From positions 448,001-512,000 of the forward strand of contig CAWAIK010000003.1 in assembly GCA_963782115.1 (NCBI GenBank): 64,000 nt of DNA, in the 5' to 3' direction. Shown here piece by piece: positions 29,834-40,218 of this stretch. Each line of letters begins with the position of its first letter. Position 1 is the stretch's first letter. This stretch comes from an uncultured Verrucomicrobiae bacterium. GTDB lineage: Bacteria; Verrucomicrobiota; Verrucomicrobiia; Chthoniobacterales; JAFAMB01. Under the pieces are notes generated by a model. It saw only the letters and a list, made by a program, of their open reading frames with translations. It ran no database searches and was not told the DNA's origin. Both the position numbers and the translations under genes were made by a program.

Positions 29834-32800
29834 TCAATCTTTCCGAATGGGCGTTAAAGCACCGCTCGTTTGTGATCTATCTCATGGTCGCGGCAGTTGT
29901 TGCGGGACTCGTGGCTTACTATCGTCTGGGCCGCAACGAGGACCCAGCTTTCACTATCAAGACGATGGTCGTTCAGGCCGCCTGGCCCGGAGCGACCCTG
30001 GAAGATACCGTTCAGCAGCTCACTGAGCGACTCGAGCGCCAACTTCAGGAGACGCCCAACCTGGACTATGTGCGCAGCTACACCAAAGCCGGATCTACGA
30101 CCATCTTCGTCAACCTCAAACAGGCGACCAGGGGAAGCGAAGTGGCCGACATCTGGTATCACGTACGCAAGAGCATCGGCGATATTCGTCACACACTGCC
30201 GGACGGCGTCGTGGGTCCCGGCTTTAACGACGAGTTCGGCGATACGTACGGAATCATTTACGGCTTCACTGCTGACGGGTTCACCCATAGAGAGCTTCGT
30301 GATTATGTCGAGGGTATCCGCTCGCGGCTTTTACAGGTGCCGGACGTCTCGAAAATCGAACTTCTCGGCGCGCAGGACGAAAAGATCTTCGTCGAATTCT
30401 CGACGCAACAACTGGCCGGTCTCGGGATCGATCGGTCCGCTCTAGTCTCCGCGCTTCAGGCGCAGAACCTGGTTATCCCTTCCGGCACCATCCAGACAGG
30501 TAACGAAAAGCTTCTACTCCGCGTGTCCGGCGCGTTCGATTCTGAAGCAAGTATCCTGGCGGTCAACTTCGTCGCGAACGGCCGCCTGATCCGTCTTCGC
30601 GACATTGCCCAAGTCCACCGGACCTATGCGGATCCGCCGCAACCGATGTTTCGGGTCAACGGAGAGGCAACCATCGGTCTTGCCATCGCTATGCGGGAAG
30701 GAGGCGACATTCTTGCCTTGGGAAAGAGTGTTAAGCAGGTCATGCATGAGATCACAGCCAATCTCCCCATTGGCATCGAGCCGACGCTGGTAGCCAATCA
30801 ACCCCATGTGGTTGACCACGCCATCGGCGAGTTCACGACGTCACTTTGGCAGGCCATTGCCATCATCATAGCTGTGAGCTTTGTCAGCCTCGGATTTCGA
30901 GCCGGCACGGTGGTCGCCCTTTCGATCCCGCTGACTATTGCCCTGGAGTTTCCCGTCATGCAGATTGCCGGGATCGACCTCCAGCGCATCTCGCTCGGCG
31001 CCCTTATTATCGCGTTGAGCCTGCTGGTCGATGACGCCATGACCACGATCGATGTCATGACCTCGCGACTTAAGGAAGGGGACAGCAAGGAGCAGGCGGC
31101 GACCTTCGCTTACGACACGCTGGCATTACCGATGTTAACCGGATCGTTGGTGACCGCGGCGGCTTTCATACCAATCGGTTTCGCGAGAAGCGGGGCGGGC
31201 GAATACACGTTTTCTATCTTCGCGGTGGTCGGCATCGCGCTGATTGCTTCCTGGTTCATCGCCGTTCTCTTTGCACCGTTGTTGGGAGTGGCGCTCCTTA
31301 CCAGGCCAAAGAAGACAAAATCCGGCCGGCCCCACGTGATCCTCCGTGTCTTTCGCGGGTTTCTGATCGGCGCTATGCGGGCGCGGTGGCTCACTATCGC
31401 CTCCACCATCGCTTGTTTCCTCCTCGCCCTTCTGGCCTTGCCCCATGTACCACGGCAGTTCTTTCCTTCCTCAGATCGCCCGGAGCTTCTTGTCGATCTC
31501 AGGTTACCAGAGAATGCCTCGATTTACGCGAGCGAAGAGGCGGCCGAACGGCTGGACGGTTTGCTTAAGGGTAATCCCGATGTCGAAGGATGGAGTACCT
31601 ATATTGGTCGGGGTGCGATTCGCTTTTATCTGCCGCTGGCTGTTGAGCTGCAGAACGACTTTTTTTCTCAGGCCGTCGTCATCGCCAGGGATTTGGCGGC
31701 CCGGGAACGGCTCCATGCGAAGCTGGATGCAGCGCTCGCGGAGCAATTCCCGGCTGCAGTTTCGCGGGTTTCAACGTTGGGCATCGGTCCGCCTGTGGGT
31801 TGGCCCGTGCAATATCGAGTCAGCGGTCCTGATCTGAACGAGGTGCGGGATATCGCGATGCAACTGGCTGGGGTCATGGCCATGAACTCCACCATCAGAA
31901 AGGTCAATTTCGATTGGATGGAGCCGGCGCGGATGGTTCGCATCCGCATCGATCAAGATCAGGCGCGGTTACTGGGGCTTAGTTCCCAGGCCATCGCCGC
32001 GGTGCTGAATTCTGTCGTCTCGGGTACACAGGTCACCCAGGTTCGTGACGGCATCTACCTGGTCGACGTCATTGCGCGCGCGACCGATGAGCAACGCGTT
32101 TCGCTCTCGACGCTACGCACCGTGCAGGTTCCGCTGCCAAGCGGACGAACCGTTCCGCTCAGCCAACTCGCAACCTTCGATTTTCAGCAGGAATATCCGC
32201 TGATCTGGCGTCGCGATCGCGTCCCGACGTTGACAGTGCAAGCGGAAGTCGGCCCCGGCGGTTTACCCGAAACCGTAGTCGCTGCTCTCGCCCCGTCGGT
32301 CAAAAAATTGACTTCAAGCCTGCCATCGCCCTATCACATCTCGGTGGGAGGCGTGGTGGAGGAAAGCGCGCAATCCCAAGCTTCCGTTTTCGCCGTTGTA
32401 CCGGTGACACTTTTTATCATGGCCACCTTACTCATGATACAATTGCAGAGTTTCAATCGTGTCTTTCTTGTGCTGAGCGTTGTACCGATGGGTCTGATCG
32501 GCGTGGTTGGTGCGCTCCTTCTATTCAACAAGGCGCTAGGTTTTGTGGCCATTCTCGGCGTTCTTTCGCTGACCGGCATGATCGCTCGAAATGGCGTAAT
32601 CTTAATTGAGCAGGTCGAGGCTGAACGGCAACAAGGCAAGGAATCCTGGAACGCGGTCATCGATGCAGCCGTTTCACGCTTCCGTCCAATTATGCTTACG
32701 GCGATCTCTACGGTCCTCGGCTTGATCCCCATCGCGTCGACCATATTCTGGGGCCCGATGGCTTTTGCGATCATGGGCGGTTTACTGGTCGCAACCGTCC

Positions 32801-32877
32801 TCACGCTACTGTTTCTGCCCGCTTTGTACGTAGCCTGGTTCCGGGTCAAGGAACCTTCCTCTCAGAATTCTAGCTGA
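29830..32877 (+). CDS. RND efflux permease (AcrB-like)
   Basis: NLSEWAL, GRNEDPAFTIK, ISLGALIIALSLLVDDA and RFRPIMLT. Confidence 0.95.
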   Translation: MINLSEWALKHRSFVIYLMVAAVVAGLVAYYRLGRNEDPAFTIKTMVVQAAWPGATLEDTVQQLTERLERQLQETPNLDYVRSYTKAGSTTIFVNLKQATRGSEVADIWYHVRKSIGDIRHTLPDGVVGPGFNDEFGDTYGIIYGFTADGFTHRELRDYVEGIRSRLLQVPDVSKIELLGAQDEKIFVEFSTQQLAGLGIDRSALVSALQAQNLVIPSGTIQTGNEKLLLRVSGAFDSEASILAVNFVANGRLIRLRDIAQVHRTYADPPQPMFRVNGEATIGLAIAMREGGDILALGKSVKQVMHEITANLPIGIEPTLVANQPHVVDHAIGEFTTSLWQAIAIIIAVSFVSLGFRAGTVVALSIPLTIALEFPVMQIAGIDLQRISLGALIIALSLLVDDAMTTIDVMTSRLKEGDSKEQAATFAYDTLALPMLTGSLVTAAAFIPIGFARSGAGEYTFSIFAVVGIALIASWFIAVLFAPLLGVALLTRPKKTKSGRPHVILRVFRGFLIGAMRARWLTIASTIACFLLALLALPHVPRQFFPSSDRPELLVDLRLPENASIYASEEAAERLDGLLKGNPDVEGWSTYIGRGAIRFYLPLAVELQNDFFSQAVVIARDLAARERLHAKLDAALAEQFPAAVSRVSTLGIGPPVGWPVQYRVSGPDLNEVRDIAMQLAGVMAMNSTIRKVNFDWMEPARMVRIRIDQDQARLLGLSSQAIAAVLNSVVSGTQVTQVRDGIYLVDVIARATDEQRVSLSTLRTVQVPLPSGRTVPLSQLATFDFQQEYPLIWRRDRVPTLTVQAEVGPGGLPETVVAALAPSVKKLTSSLPSPYHISVGGVVEESAQSQASVFAVVPVTLFIMATLLMIQLQSFNRVFLVLSVVPMGLIGVVGALLLFNKALGFVAILGVLSLTGMIARNGVILIEQVEAERQQGKESWNAVIDAAVSRFRPIMLTAISTVLGLIPIASTIFWGPMAFAIMGGLLVATVLTLLFLPALYVAWFRVKEPSSQNSS

Positions 32878-32923
32878 ATCTACCTTGCGGCTTCTGGATG
32901 CGCTCCTGCGGATGCTGCTGTAC

Positions 32924-34042
32924 TCACGGACTGAAGATCAAGATAATGTAGACAAGGAAGACGACCAGGTGCACCGTCCCCTCGAGAACGGTTGTACGCG
33001 GTCCGGAGAAAGTGAGCGTGCTGAGCACGAGGGTGAGAGCGAGAAGGGTCACGCCGGTCGGGCCAAGACCCAGGACCATGGTTTTGCCTGTTGCGAGACC
33101 CAGGCCGAGAATCGCTGGCACGGTGAGGCCAATGGTCGACGCCGACGACCCGAGACAGAGGTTAATGGATCGCTGCAGCTGATTGTCAAGCGCCGCCCGC
33201 AGTGCCGCGATCGCCTCCGGCGTAAAGACGATGAGGGCGATGAGCACCCCGCCCAATGCAGGAGGAGCCCCGAGCACGACAATGCCATGATCAATCAACT
33301 TGGCGAGTTGCTTGGCCAAAAGCACGATGGGTAACATCGTGATGACGAGCAACAGAGTGTGGCCCGCGATCGCGCGGCCTGCTGAGGCATGCCTCTCGTG
33401 TCGTGTGCTTGGGGCGACGGCCGCCACTGCGTTTGGGTGGGACTCGACAAAAAAGCCCCGGTGGCGCCCGGTCTGGATCACTAAGAAGATGCCATAGAGC
33501 ACTATCGTAAACACGGAGAAAAAGGCCGATTGCGTGGTTGTTAGGCTGCCGACCGGCTCTGCCTGCGTGAAGTTTGGCAAGATAAGCGCAATCACGGATA
33601 GCGGAATGATTACCGCGAGGTAGGCAACGGCGCCCTGTAAATTGTACGCCTGCTCGTGGTGACGCAACCCGCCCAAGAGCAGAGCCAGACCGACGACGCC
33701 GTTCAGCACAATCATTAGTAGGGCGAACATCGTATCGCGCCCTAGCGTCGACACGGTCTCGCTGTTAAGCACCACCGCAGCGATCAGCACGACTTCGACT
33801 ATTACGATTGAGAGTGTGAGAACGAGCGTGCCGAGGGGCTCACCGAGTATTTCGGCAAGGTGATCTGCTTCTTCGACGACCCCGGATGCGCACCACAGAA
33901 TAGCAGCAAAAAGCCAGACAAAAAGCCCGGCAGCACGTGGGATAGAGCTGAGATCAGCAAGCCACGAGTCACCGGAAAAGAGGAACAACGCCACCGTTGT
34001 CCATGCAATGGCAAGACGTCCGATAAGAGTCATCCTTCTCAC
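32924..34042 (-). CDS. Ca2+/H+ antiporter (CaCA family, ChaA-like)
   Basis: GEPLGTLVLTLS, RDTMFA, PEAIAALRAA and LQRSINLCLGS..STIGLT. Confidence 0.9.
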   Translation of the reverse strand: MRRMTLIGRLAIAWTTVALFLFSGDSWLADLSSIPRAAGLFVWLFAAILWCASGVVEEADHLAEILGEPLGTLVLTLSIVIVEVVLIAAVVLNSETVSTLGRDTMFALLMIVLNGVVGLALLLGGLRHHEQAYNLQGAVAYLAVIIPLSVIALILPNFTQAEPVGSLTTTQSAFFSVFTIVLYGIFLVIQTGRHRGFFVESHPNAVAAVAPSTRHERHASAGRAIAGHTLLLVITMLPIVLLAKQLAKLIDHGIVVLGAPPALGGVLIALIVFTPEAIAALRAALDNQLQRSINLCLGSSASTIGLTVPAILGLGLATGKTMVLGLGPTGVTLLALTLVLSTLTFSGPRTTVLEGTVHLVVFLVYIILIFSP

Positions 34043-34249
34043 TTAGCTGCCCGCTTGGAAAGTTTGGGCGCAAAAACGGCAAGTTCGGAGTCCGCCATTG
34101 CCCTCAGAATCTACACTAAAGGGTCCCCTTTTAGCAGCGACAAAATGTGCGGTAATCGTTAGGTCAGGCTAAATTCTCTCCCCAATCCAAACTCATTCAA
34201 TTGAGGCGACCGGCATCGACCACCCTTGTTCTGCTTAGGACCGCCGGGC

Positions 34250-36962
34250 TTAACGTTCCATTTCCGTCGCCCGAACTATTTGCGCTTGGCGCGTCGCCCA
34301 AAGATTGGGCAACGTTCGATCTCTGGATTGGAGCATCGAGCTGGGCACGGCTTGGAGAAGCTCCCACACTGACTTCCGCTCCCCAGGCTGCATAACCGAT
34401 TGACGCAACGCTGTCTTGTCGCGCGTATAGACATGCATCGCGGCGCGAGCGCGCGACAGGCTCACGTACCAGCCTTTGGCGTCAGCGCCGTCCGGCAAGG
34501 CAACCACCTGATCGACCGTACGGCATTGGCTTGCATGTGAGGTTATGCAGACGCCTTGATCGATGCGCGCACCGTCACGGCGCATTCGCCGGCCATCTTG
34601 CAGGACAAGCTCCGTATTGGTGATTTCCCGCATCGGCCAGGTGAAGCCGGAGCAAGCCGAACGCTGGGCCGGGGAGGATCCGCGGTTCATTCGTACCTGG
34701 GCAACATCGTTGTTCTTGAACACGTTTTTCCCTTCCCTGAATCCTGCCGTAACTCGAATCTGATCTCCCACGCTGACCTGCATCGTTGAGGAAACGAACA
34801 CGTCCCACTTACCCTTGGCAGTCGGCTTGAACTGACGGACCTTCCCATTGCTCTCCAGCGTCACGGTCTCGCAATTCGTTTCTCTCACGGTCCACTTCTC
34901 GCCAGGCCGAAACCCTCCCGCGGTCCGGCTGTGGAATGCTACTATCCGGCCAGGCGCATAATGTAAGAGATCCCGGCACGCTTCGGACCCGAGATCCATG
35001 CGGCGCAGAACGGTGACCGCGTGATCCTCCGCGCCTATTGCGCCTTGCGCCTTGAGTTTTTGGCGTACAAGGGCAGCGACTTTGCGCGCCTCCTCGTGGC
35101 GAGGGGAAATCATCAGCGACGTTTTGCCCGCCCGGAGTGCCTCGAGGTGCTGCTCGACAGCTCTTTCACGCAATGCTGCGTCATCGACGACCTCTTTGAT
35201 GACTCCAAAGTGCTCCAGCTTCTCCCACCCGGCCTGGAGTCGGTCTGCTTTCAGATCCTCGATCGCCGCTTTGAGTGCCGGCACCTTTTGCCTCTGCGTC
35301 TGAAGTAACTCGACATACCGGACGTTGGCAGACTGTTCGAGAATGCGCAGCGCATCCCCGCGTTCGACTGATCGGTGCTGAGCACTATCGCCGATCAGGA
35401 GCACCCTGGAATCATTCTCGCGCGCATGTTTCACGAGCCACAGCATTTGCGGTACGCTCAACATCGATGCCTCGTCAATTACAAGCACGTCGGCGCGTTC
35501 CGGCCTGAGTTGGAATCCTTGAAACGTTCGCGCTTGGAATCCGGATTTGCGTAAGTCCTTTACGCTGGCGTCCGTCGGAGAAAGGATGGCGACACTCTGG
35601 CCCACAGAGACCGCTCGCTCCACCTGCTTAAGCAGATGCGATTTGCCGGCTCCAGCAATCCCGGAAATATCCATGACCAGGTCCGTTGATGCCAGGATGT
35701 GCTTCAGCGCCTTGCGCTGCTCGTCGGTGAGGCCCCCTAAATCCAATCCCAAATCTCGTCCTATCGGTTCGCAGGTATCCCATCCGCCCCGCACCAGATC
35801 CAGGAGCTGTTCTTCCTCAAATTTCGCCTGCTCAGTGGTGATATGCGAACCACCGAGCTGGATGAACCGGTCGCCTTTGACGTACTGTTCAACTTTTCGA
35901 GGAGACAATTTACCGCAGGCCCGTTTCAGAATTTCCGCCATTAGCACCCGGTCGCGTGCAACAGAATGCCTGGCGAAGTAGGGCTTCTACCGCGAGCTCG
36001 CGCGGATCCATCGGCAGCTCGAGTTGAGGCCCCTCTTTTGCTCCTGCTGGCGTCACCGTTTCCCACCGCTGCGCTCCCATTTGCTGACGCCAATTCTCAA
36101 CCTCGGCCTTGCCGGAGAACAGTTTGGTCGTCTTGCTATCACGCTCCTGTTGCGCGATCAATTTCTCTTCTTCTGGCGTCGATCCTCGCTCTTCCGACAG
36201 AGTGTCGATCAGCTCGTGTCTCTTGGAGAATAATTCGATCTCCCGATCTGTGATACACGCCATCTTCCACTGATGCCAACCCCTATCCGTTCGCCGGAGC
36301 TTGTACCCGGACTCCATCAATCTCTGGGCAAGCAGCGTATGAAAATATTCCTGGTAATAGCCTTTATCGGCTATGAGTCCCCTGAATTGGCCGGCTTTCC
36401 ATCGCTCTTCGATCGGATCAAATGTGGCGTTGTGAAGGAAACAGTGGACGTGCCAGTGTGGATCGCTCAGGCCATTAATCGGTCGGGAATCCCGATGGAA
36501 GAACTTCGAATACAGAAGTTCTCCCGTTCTACGATCCTCGTATCGCCCTCCCTTCCGGACCTTGCACTGCATCTCGGATTCCATTGCGCACATCGTTTCA
36601 TCCACTGCCGACCTTGCGACATTCTCAACCCCCTGGTCGCCAGTGATGGCAAGATAGATGCTGAGCGACTTCGGCACCCCGAACACCAGCCCGTAGCCAA
36701 CCTACCGATTGCTGACCGTCTCCCCGTCTCCCTGTCGACTTGTATTCATCCGGGCCGTTAGCCGTTTACCTGTTGTCGGATTTTCGTTTCGCAATAACGC
36801 TACGAACTGCGAACGTTGTATTGGGCCGCGCAGTCCTAACCGCTCCGCTCCGCGCCCCGCCCATATCCCGGGTTCCTTCATCAAGTAATCGCTCACCGCC
36901 AATTCGCGATCAAAGTACCGCTCCACACCCTCAGCGTTCCGGTTAACCTCAATGTTTAGCAT
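34250..36962 (-). pseudogene. TrwC/MOBF relaxase-helicase with nonsense, frameshift and insertion lesions
   Basis: SDY..W.GRGA..LGL; in-frame TAG at 36702; VPKSLS; HUH motif DPHWHVH; frameshift near 35950; Walker A GIAGAGKS; IDEAS; TSHASQ; YVSLSR. Confidence 0.92.
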
Positions 36963-37096
36963 ACTATCTCGTCACACTAACTGGAGGAGGTAAACGCTTG
37001 CACCCTTACGCTTCGCTTAACCTCCTGCGACTCCCTCCCGCCGCTTCGCGTCGACCTCCCTTCAAGGGAGGTTCGGAAGGTAACTGCGGCTGACTG

Positions 37097-37186
37097 TTCA
37101 ACGCGTTTCAACACTGTTAGTCTCTCACTTGTTGAATCGTGTTGAAGGTTGTTGAATCGTATTGAAAGTTGTTGAGAGGCGTTGAA
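37097..37186. repeat. 10-bp-phased TTCAAC/GTTGAA array upstream of relaxase 1
   Basis: GTTGAA-like hexamers at 37131, 37141, 37151, 37161, 37171 and 37181; inverted TTCAAC at 37097 and 37107. Confidence 0.9.
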
Positions 37187-37367
37187 CACCGAGAAGAGGT
37201 AACGGTCGCTCCAGGGCCGCGACGGGCCCATTAATTATTATTGCTAGCAGCATCGCATATATAGGAATGATTTCGCTAAGTGGCCTGAATGGACAGTTCT
37301 CGCGAGTCGGACGGTTGATCGCAGACACTCCTCATTCCTTGCCAACTGCTAGGCTTAAATCGATTTC

Positions 37368-37601
37368 CTATTGGCTTTCCATGAATAAATCAATCGACTC
37401 CCGATCTACGAGACGAACTCCGCGCAAGGCGTTATCGCGCGACTTCAAGCAAATCGATTTAATTCACCTCTGCCCGAGCAACTCGTAAAGCCGGGAACGA
37501 GAGAGGCCGGAGTACTTTACTGCGCTGGGCATCCTGAGCCAGCGTGGATTTAACGTCACAGGACCAGCGTGTGTATCCTGCTGGATTTCTGTAGTTAGCA
37601 T
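37368..37601 (-). pseudogene. AlpA/excisionase-like HTH protein with an internal TGA
   Basis: MLTTEIQQDTHAGPVTLNPRWLRMPSAVKYSGLSRSRLYELLGQR*IKSICLKSRDNALRGVRLVDRESIDLFMESQ; absent from the ORF track. Confidence 0.8.
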
Positions 37602-37866
37602 GAACCTAACGTAGCAAATTCGTTAGACTCCATTTTTTTCAAAATTTTTGTCTGTAGTGAGCCTTTATGCACCGTACTGTGCCTTTATGTGCGGGCCAAT
37701 CCGGCCAGAATGGAAGGAATGGGTGTCAAATTAAATATATAAAATTAATTTGCCGCCCTCGCACCGTATCGCCAGGCGTTTAGCTTCACGACCAGCCGCC
37801 TGGGTATTTTGTTCCGCGCTGCGACGGCGCTGGCGTGCGACGGTTTCTGCCAAATTTATCCAACAA

Positions 37867-38160
37867 CTAGGTCGGCGGCGCTCCTCGTGCGCCGTGCCAG
37901 AACCGCTTAATCACAATCACACCTGCGGCATTGTCTGGTTGATAGAAAATCAGAATGGGATCTTCCACCAGCACGCGATCCTTTTCCGTTCCTTGAACCT
38001 TTTTGCCGAGCAACGGAAACTTTTTCAGCAGTTCTGCTTTCTCGACCAGAGCAAAACCAAAACGCTCAGCAGCAACTGGATTGTCGCGGGCGATATACGC
38101 GACGATCTCCCGCAGATCTCGTGCTGCCTGCGACGTTAATCGAAGCTGGAATTCGCCCAT
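37867..38160 (-). CDS. RelE/ParE-family toxin
   Basis: LTSQAARDLREIVAYIARDNPVAAERF...FPLLG...RFWHGAR. Confidence 0.9.
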   Translation of the reverse strand: MGEFQLRLTSQAARDLREIVAYIARDNPVAAERFGFALVEKAELLKKFPLLGKKVQGTEKDRVLVEDPILIFYQPDNAAGVIVIKRFWHGARGAPPT

Positions 38161-38363
38161 CGATGGACCCGTTCCTTAATCTCTTCCGCCGTGTACATGC
38201 GCTCCGTCTGAGCAGAACGAGTGCCTTCCTCGATTGCATCAAGCATCTCCGGAGTCGGTTCGAAGTTTGGTTCTCCGTCCAATCTCTCAATCTGTTGATA
38301 GATCGTTCGGCGTTCTTCTGGCGTCAGCTTCGGCAATTCCTCGATAATCTCGGCTAAACTCAT
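38136..38363 (-). CDS. Putative antitoxin
   Basis: Small acidic ORF (MSLAEIIEELPKLTPEER) upstream of and overlapping the toxin. Confidence 0.75.
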   Translation of the reverse strand: MSLAEIIEELPKLTPEERRTIYQQIERLDGEPNFEPTPEMLDAIEEGTRSAQTERMYTAEEIKERVHRWANSSFD

Positions 38364-38422
38364 TTGTGCACTGAATATAGGCTGGTTTGTGTCTTTGGCT
38401 ACGTGTATGGCGCGCTCGTTGG

Positions 38423-39670
38423 TTATGAGTCACGATCGTCAAATTCCTGACGACCGCGGGCAGGGAGTCGCGGAATCGCCGAAACGGCTTGCCGGATCGT
38501 TTCGAGTTCATGATGGGTATAAACTGCGTGCATTTCTTCGCTGGCGTGGCCGCTCAACCTGCGCCGCAATTCGCTGGAAACGCCTGAATTAGCGAGCGCT
38601 GAAATGAAACTGTGCCTCAAGGAGTGAAAGCTGCGGAGTGAAAACGAGCGGCCTTTTGTTCCAGAGCTTAGACGGGCAATGCCCGCGTCGACTTCAGCCT
38701 GCTCCATGATGCGCCTGAAGGCCATGGAGAGTCCGCTTTGACCACCACCGCTCTTGCCGGCCAGTGAATGAAAGAGGAAAGCCTGGGGATCGTCGGAGGT
38801 ATTGCGAGAAAGCAAATGCTCTTCTAGTTCAGGATGAATGGCGACTGTGATGAGTTGACCAGTCTTTCCGGCCCTGAAAGTGATAAGGCGCTTCTCCAGA
38901 TCAACATTACCCCATCGCAGGTTACAAACGTCTTTGAGCCTGGCACCGGTGAAATAGCCAACGAGAATTGCACCGCGCCAATCAGGATTTGCTTTCTCCA
39001 GCAGTTTTGAAATTTCTTCAGCCGTAAAAATGCCTCTCTCGATCCGCGTCGATTTCAGTGGGGGCAGACTGGCCAAAGGATTTGAATCGAGCAAGGCAAG
39101 CTTCACCGCGAGAGCAAAAGGCGAAGAAAGTATTTTGCGAACAAGTTGATCGACGGTCTGCGGCGTGCGCCCCTCCGCCAGCAATTGATTTCGGAATTCC
39201 AAGAAATCCTTTAGACCTAAGGAACCGAGCTTTGCGTGACGGCGCCCGCCCAGCGATCGCAGGAAAGCATCTTTGACCTGGACGTATTTGAGCATGGTTC
39301 GTTCGCTGATTGCGCCTCTGCGGGTCTCGATCCATTGTTCGAGCCACTCCGCGACGCTGGGCTGAATGAGGCGACGCCCTTCAACCCGCTCAAGAGTCTC
39401 GGATAGGATTCGTCTCAAATTGGCCTCGGTAACCTCTCCCTGACGCTCCAGTTGCATCGATCGTTCAATGGCCTGACAGACCTGCTCGGCTTTAAGGCGC
39501 AAATCACGAGCGGTCACCCGACCGCCGTCAGGCTTAAGGTCTCCGGCCAAGGGTTTCACACGAATCTTCGTCGTGCGCCAGATCCGCTTCAGCAGGCCGC
39601 CCGTCGAGGAGGAGCAGACACAAATCCAGTACGGCGAACGTCCACTTGGGTCTTGAATGAGACTGGCCAT
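38423..39670 (-). CDS. Tyrosine integrase
   Basis: Complete catalytic set: TGARLKD (R), GKTG (K), FHSLRH (HxxR), LSGH (H) and AVYTH (Y); adjacent to the att repeat. Confidence 0.93.
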   Translation of the reverse strand: MASLIQDPSGRSPYWICVCSSSTGGLLKRIWRTTKIRVKPLAGDLKPDGGRVTARDLRLKAEQVCQAIERSMQLERQGEVTEANLRRILSETLERVEGRRLIQPSVAEWLEQWIETRRGAISERTMLKYVQVKDAFLRSLGGRRHAKLGSLGLKDFLEFRNQLLAEGRTPQTVDQLVRKILSSPFALAVKLALLDSNPLASLPPLKSTRIERGIFTAEEISKLLEKANPDWRGAILVGYFTGARLKDVCNLRWGNVDLEKRLITFRAGKTGQLITVAIHPELEEHLLSRNTSDDPQAFLFHSLAGKSGGGQSGLSMAFRRIMEQAEVDAGIARLSSGTKGRSFSLRSFHSLRHSFISALANSGVSSELRRRLSGHASEEMHAVYTHHELETIRQAVSAIPRLPARGRQEFDDRDS

Positions 39671-39781
39671 GTCTTGGCTGGTTTTTCCTAACAAATAATC
39701 CTAACATCCTGCACTGTCCAGCGACATTCGCTGTCGTCTATCTCCCTAGGAATCAGGCTAATACAGAGGCTCTGGATCTAA

Positions 39782-39812
39782 ATGCGAGTTCGATTCTCGT
39801 TGCCCGCTCCAA
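39782..39812 (+). repeat. attR: duplicated 3' end of tRNA-Gly
   Basis: ATGCGAGTTCGATTCTCGTTGCCCGCTCCAA is identical to 14686-14716. Confidence 0.97.
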
Positions 39813-40218
39813 AACTCTGGATATCAGTGACTTACGCGACAAACAAGGTTTGAACAAATGGTCAGTCAGACCATTTTGTCAGAACAAGGATTTAATTGTT
39901 CCCTAGCGTTCACTATCATATTGAAATAGGAGGCCGCCTTTTCGGGGCGATGGCGGAACAGTCGCCCAGGGTTTAAATATGTGCTTAATGGGGGCCTTTG
40001 CTCATGCCCAAGATGCCAGAACAAGGACGAAATTCTGGATGCAGCCTTCTGGCTGGACAGTTGACAGATAATGCGGTAGTGTTCATGCGAACATTATTAT
40101 TGCCTCCCAGCCCAAACAGGTATTTCTCGCCAAAAGCGACGGTGTTATGTTTAAATCCACCGCTGCGATGTGCGAGGGGTTGATGTGCTAACCTGAAAAT
40201 GGATTAATCACTAATATC

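Larger units (their letters stand above)
14686..39812. mobile_element. Element 1: ~25 kb integrative mobilizable element at tRNA-Gly
   Basis: Identical 31-bp direct repeats at 14686-14716 and 39782-39812; integrase next to the distal repeat; relaxase, AlpA/Xis and TA genes inside. Confidence 0.92.

Noticed and set aside
37097..37186. GTTGAA/TTCAAC repeats as a CRISPR array (the hexamer resembles CRISPR repeat ends)
   Set aside because: The period is 10 bp with 4-bp linkers; there are no 25-40 bp repeats or spacers and no cas genes. The same applies to 42935-43026
39944..39996. GGCGATGG...TCGCCC resembling a fluoride riboswitch
   Set aside because: Loop length and the 3' pseudoknot segment do not fit; the crcB fragment is 16 kb away
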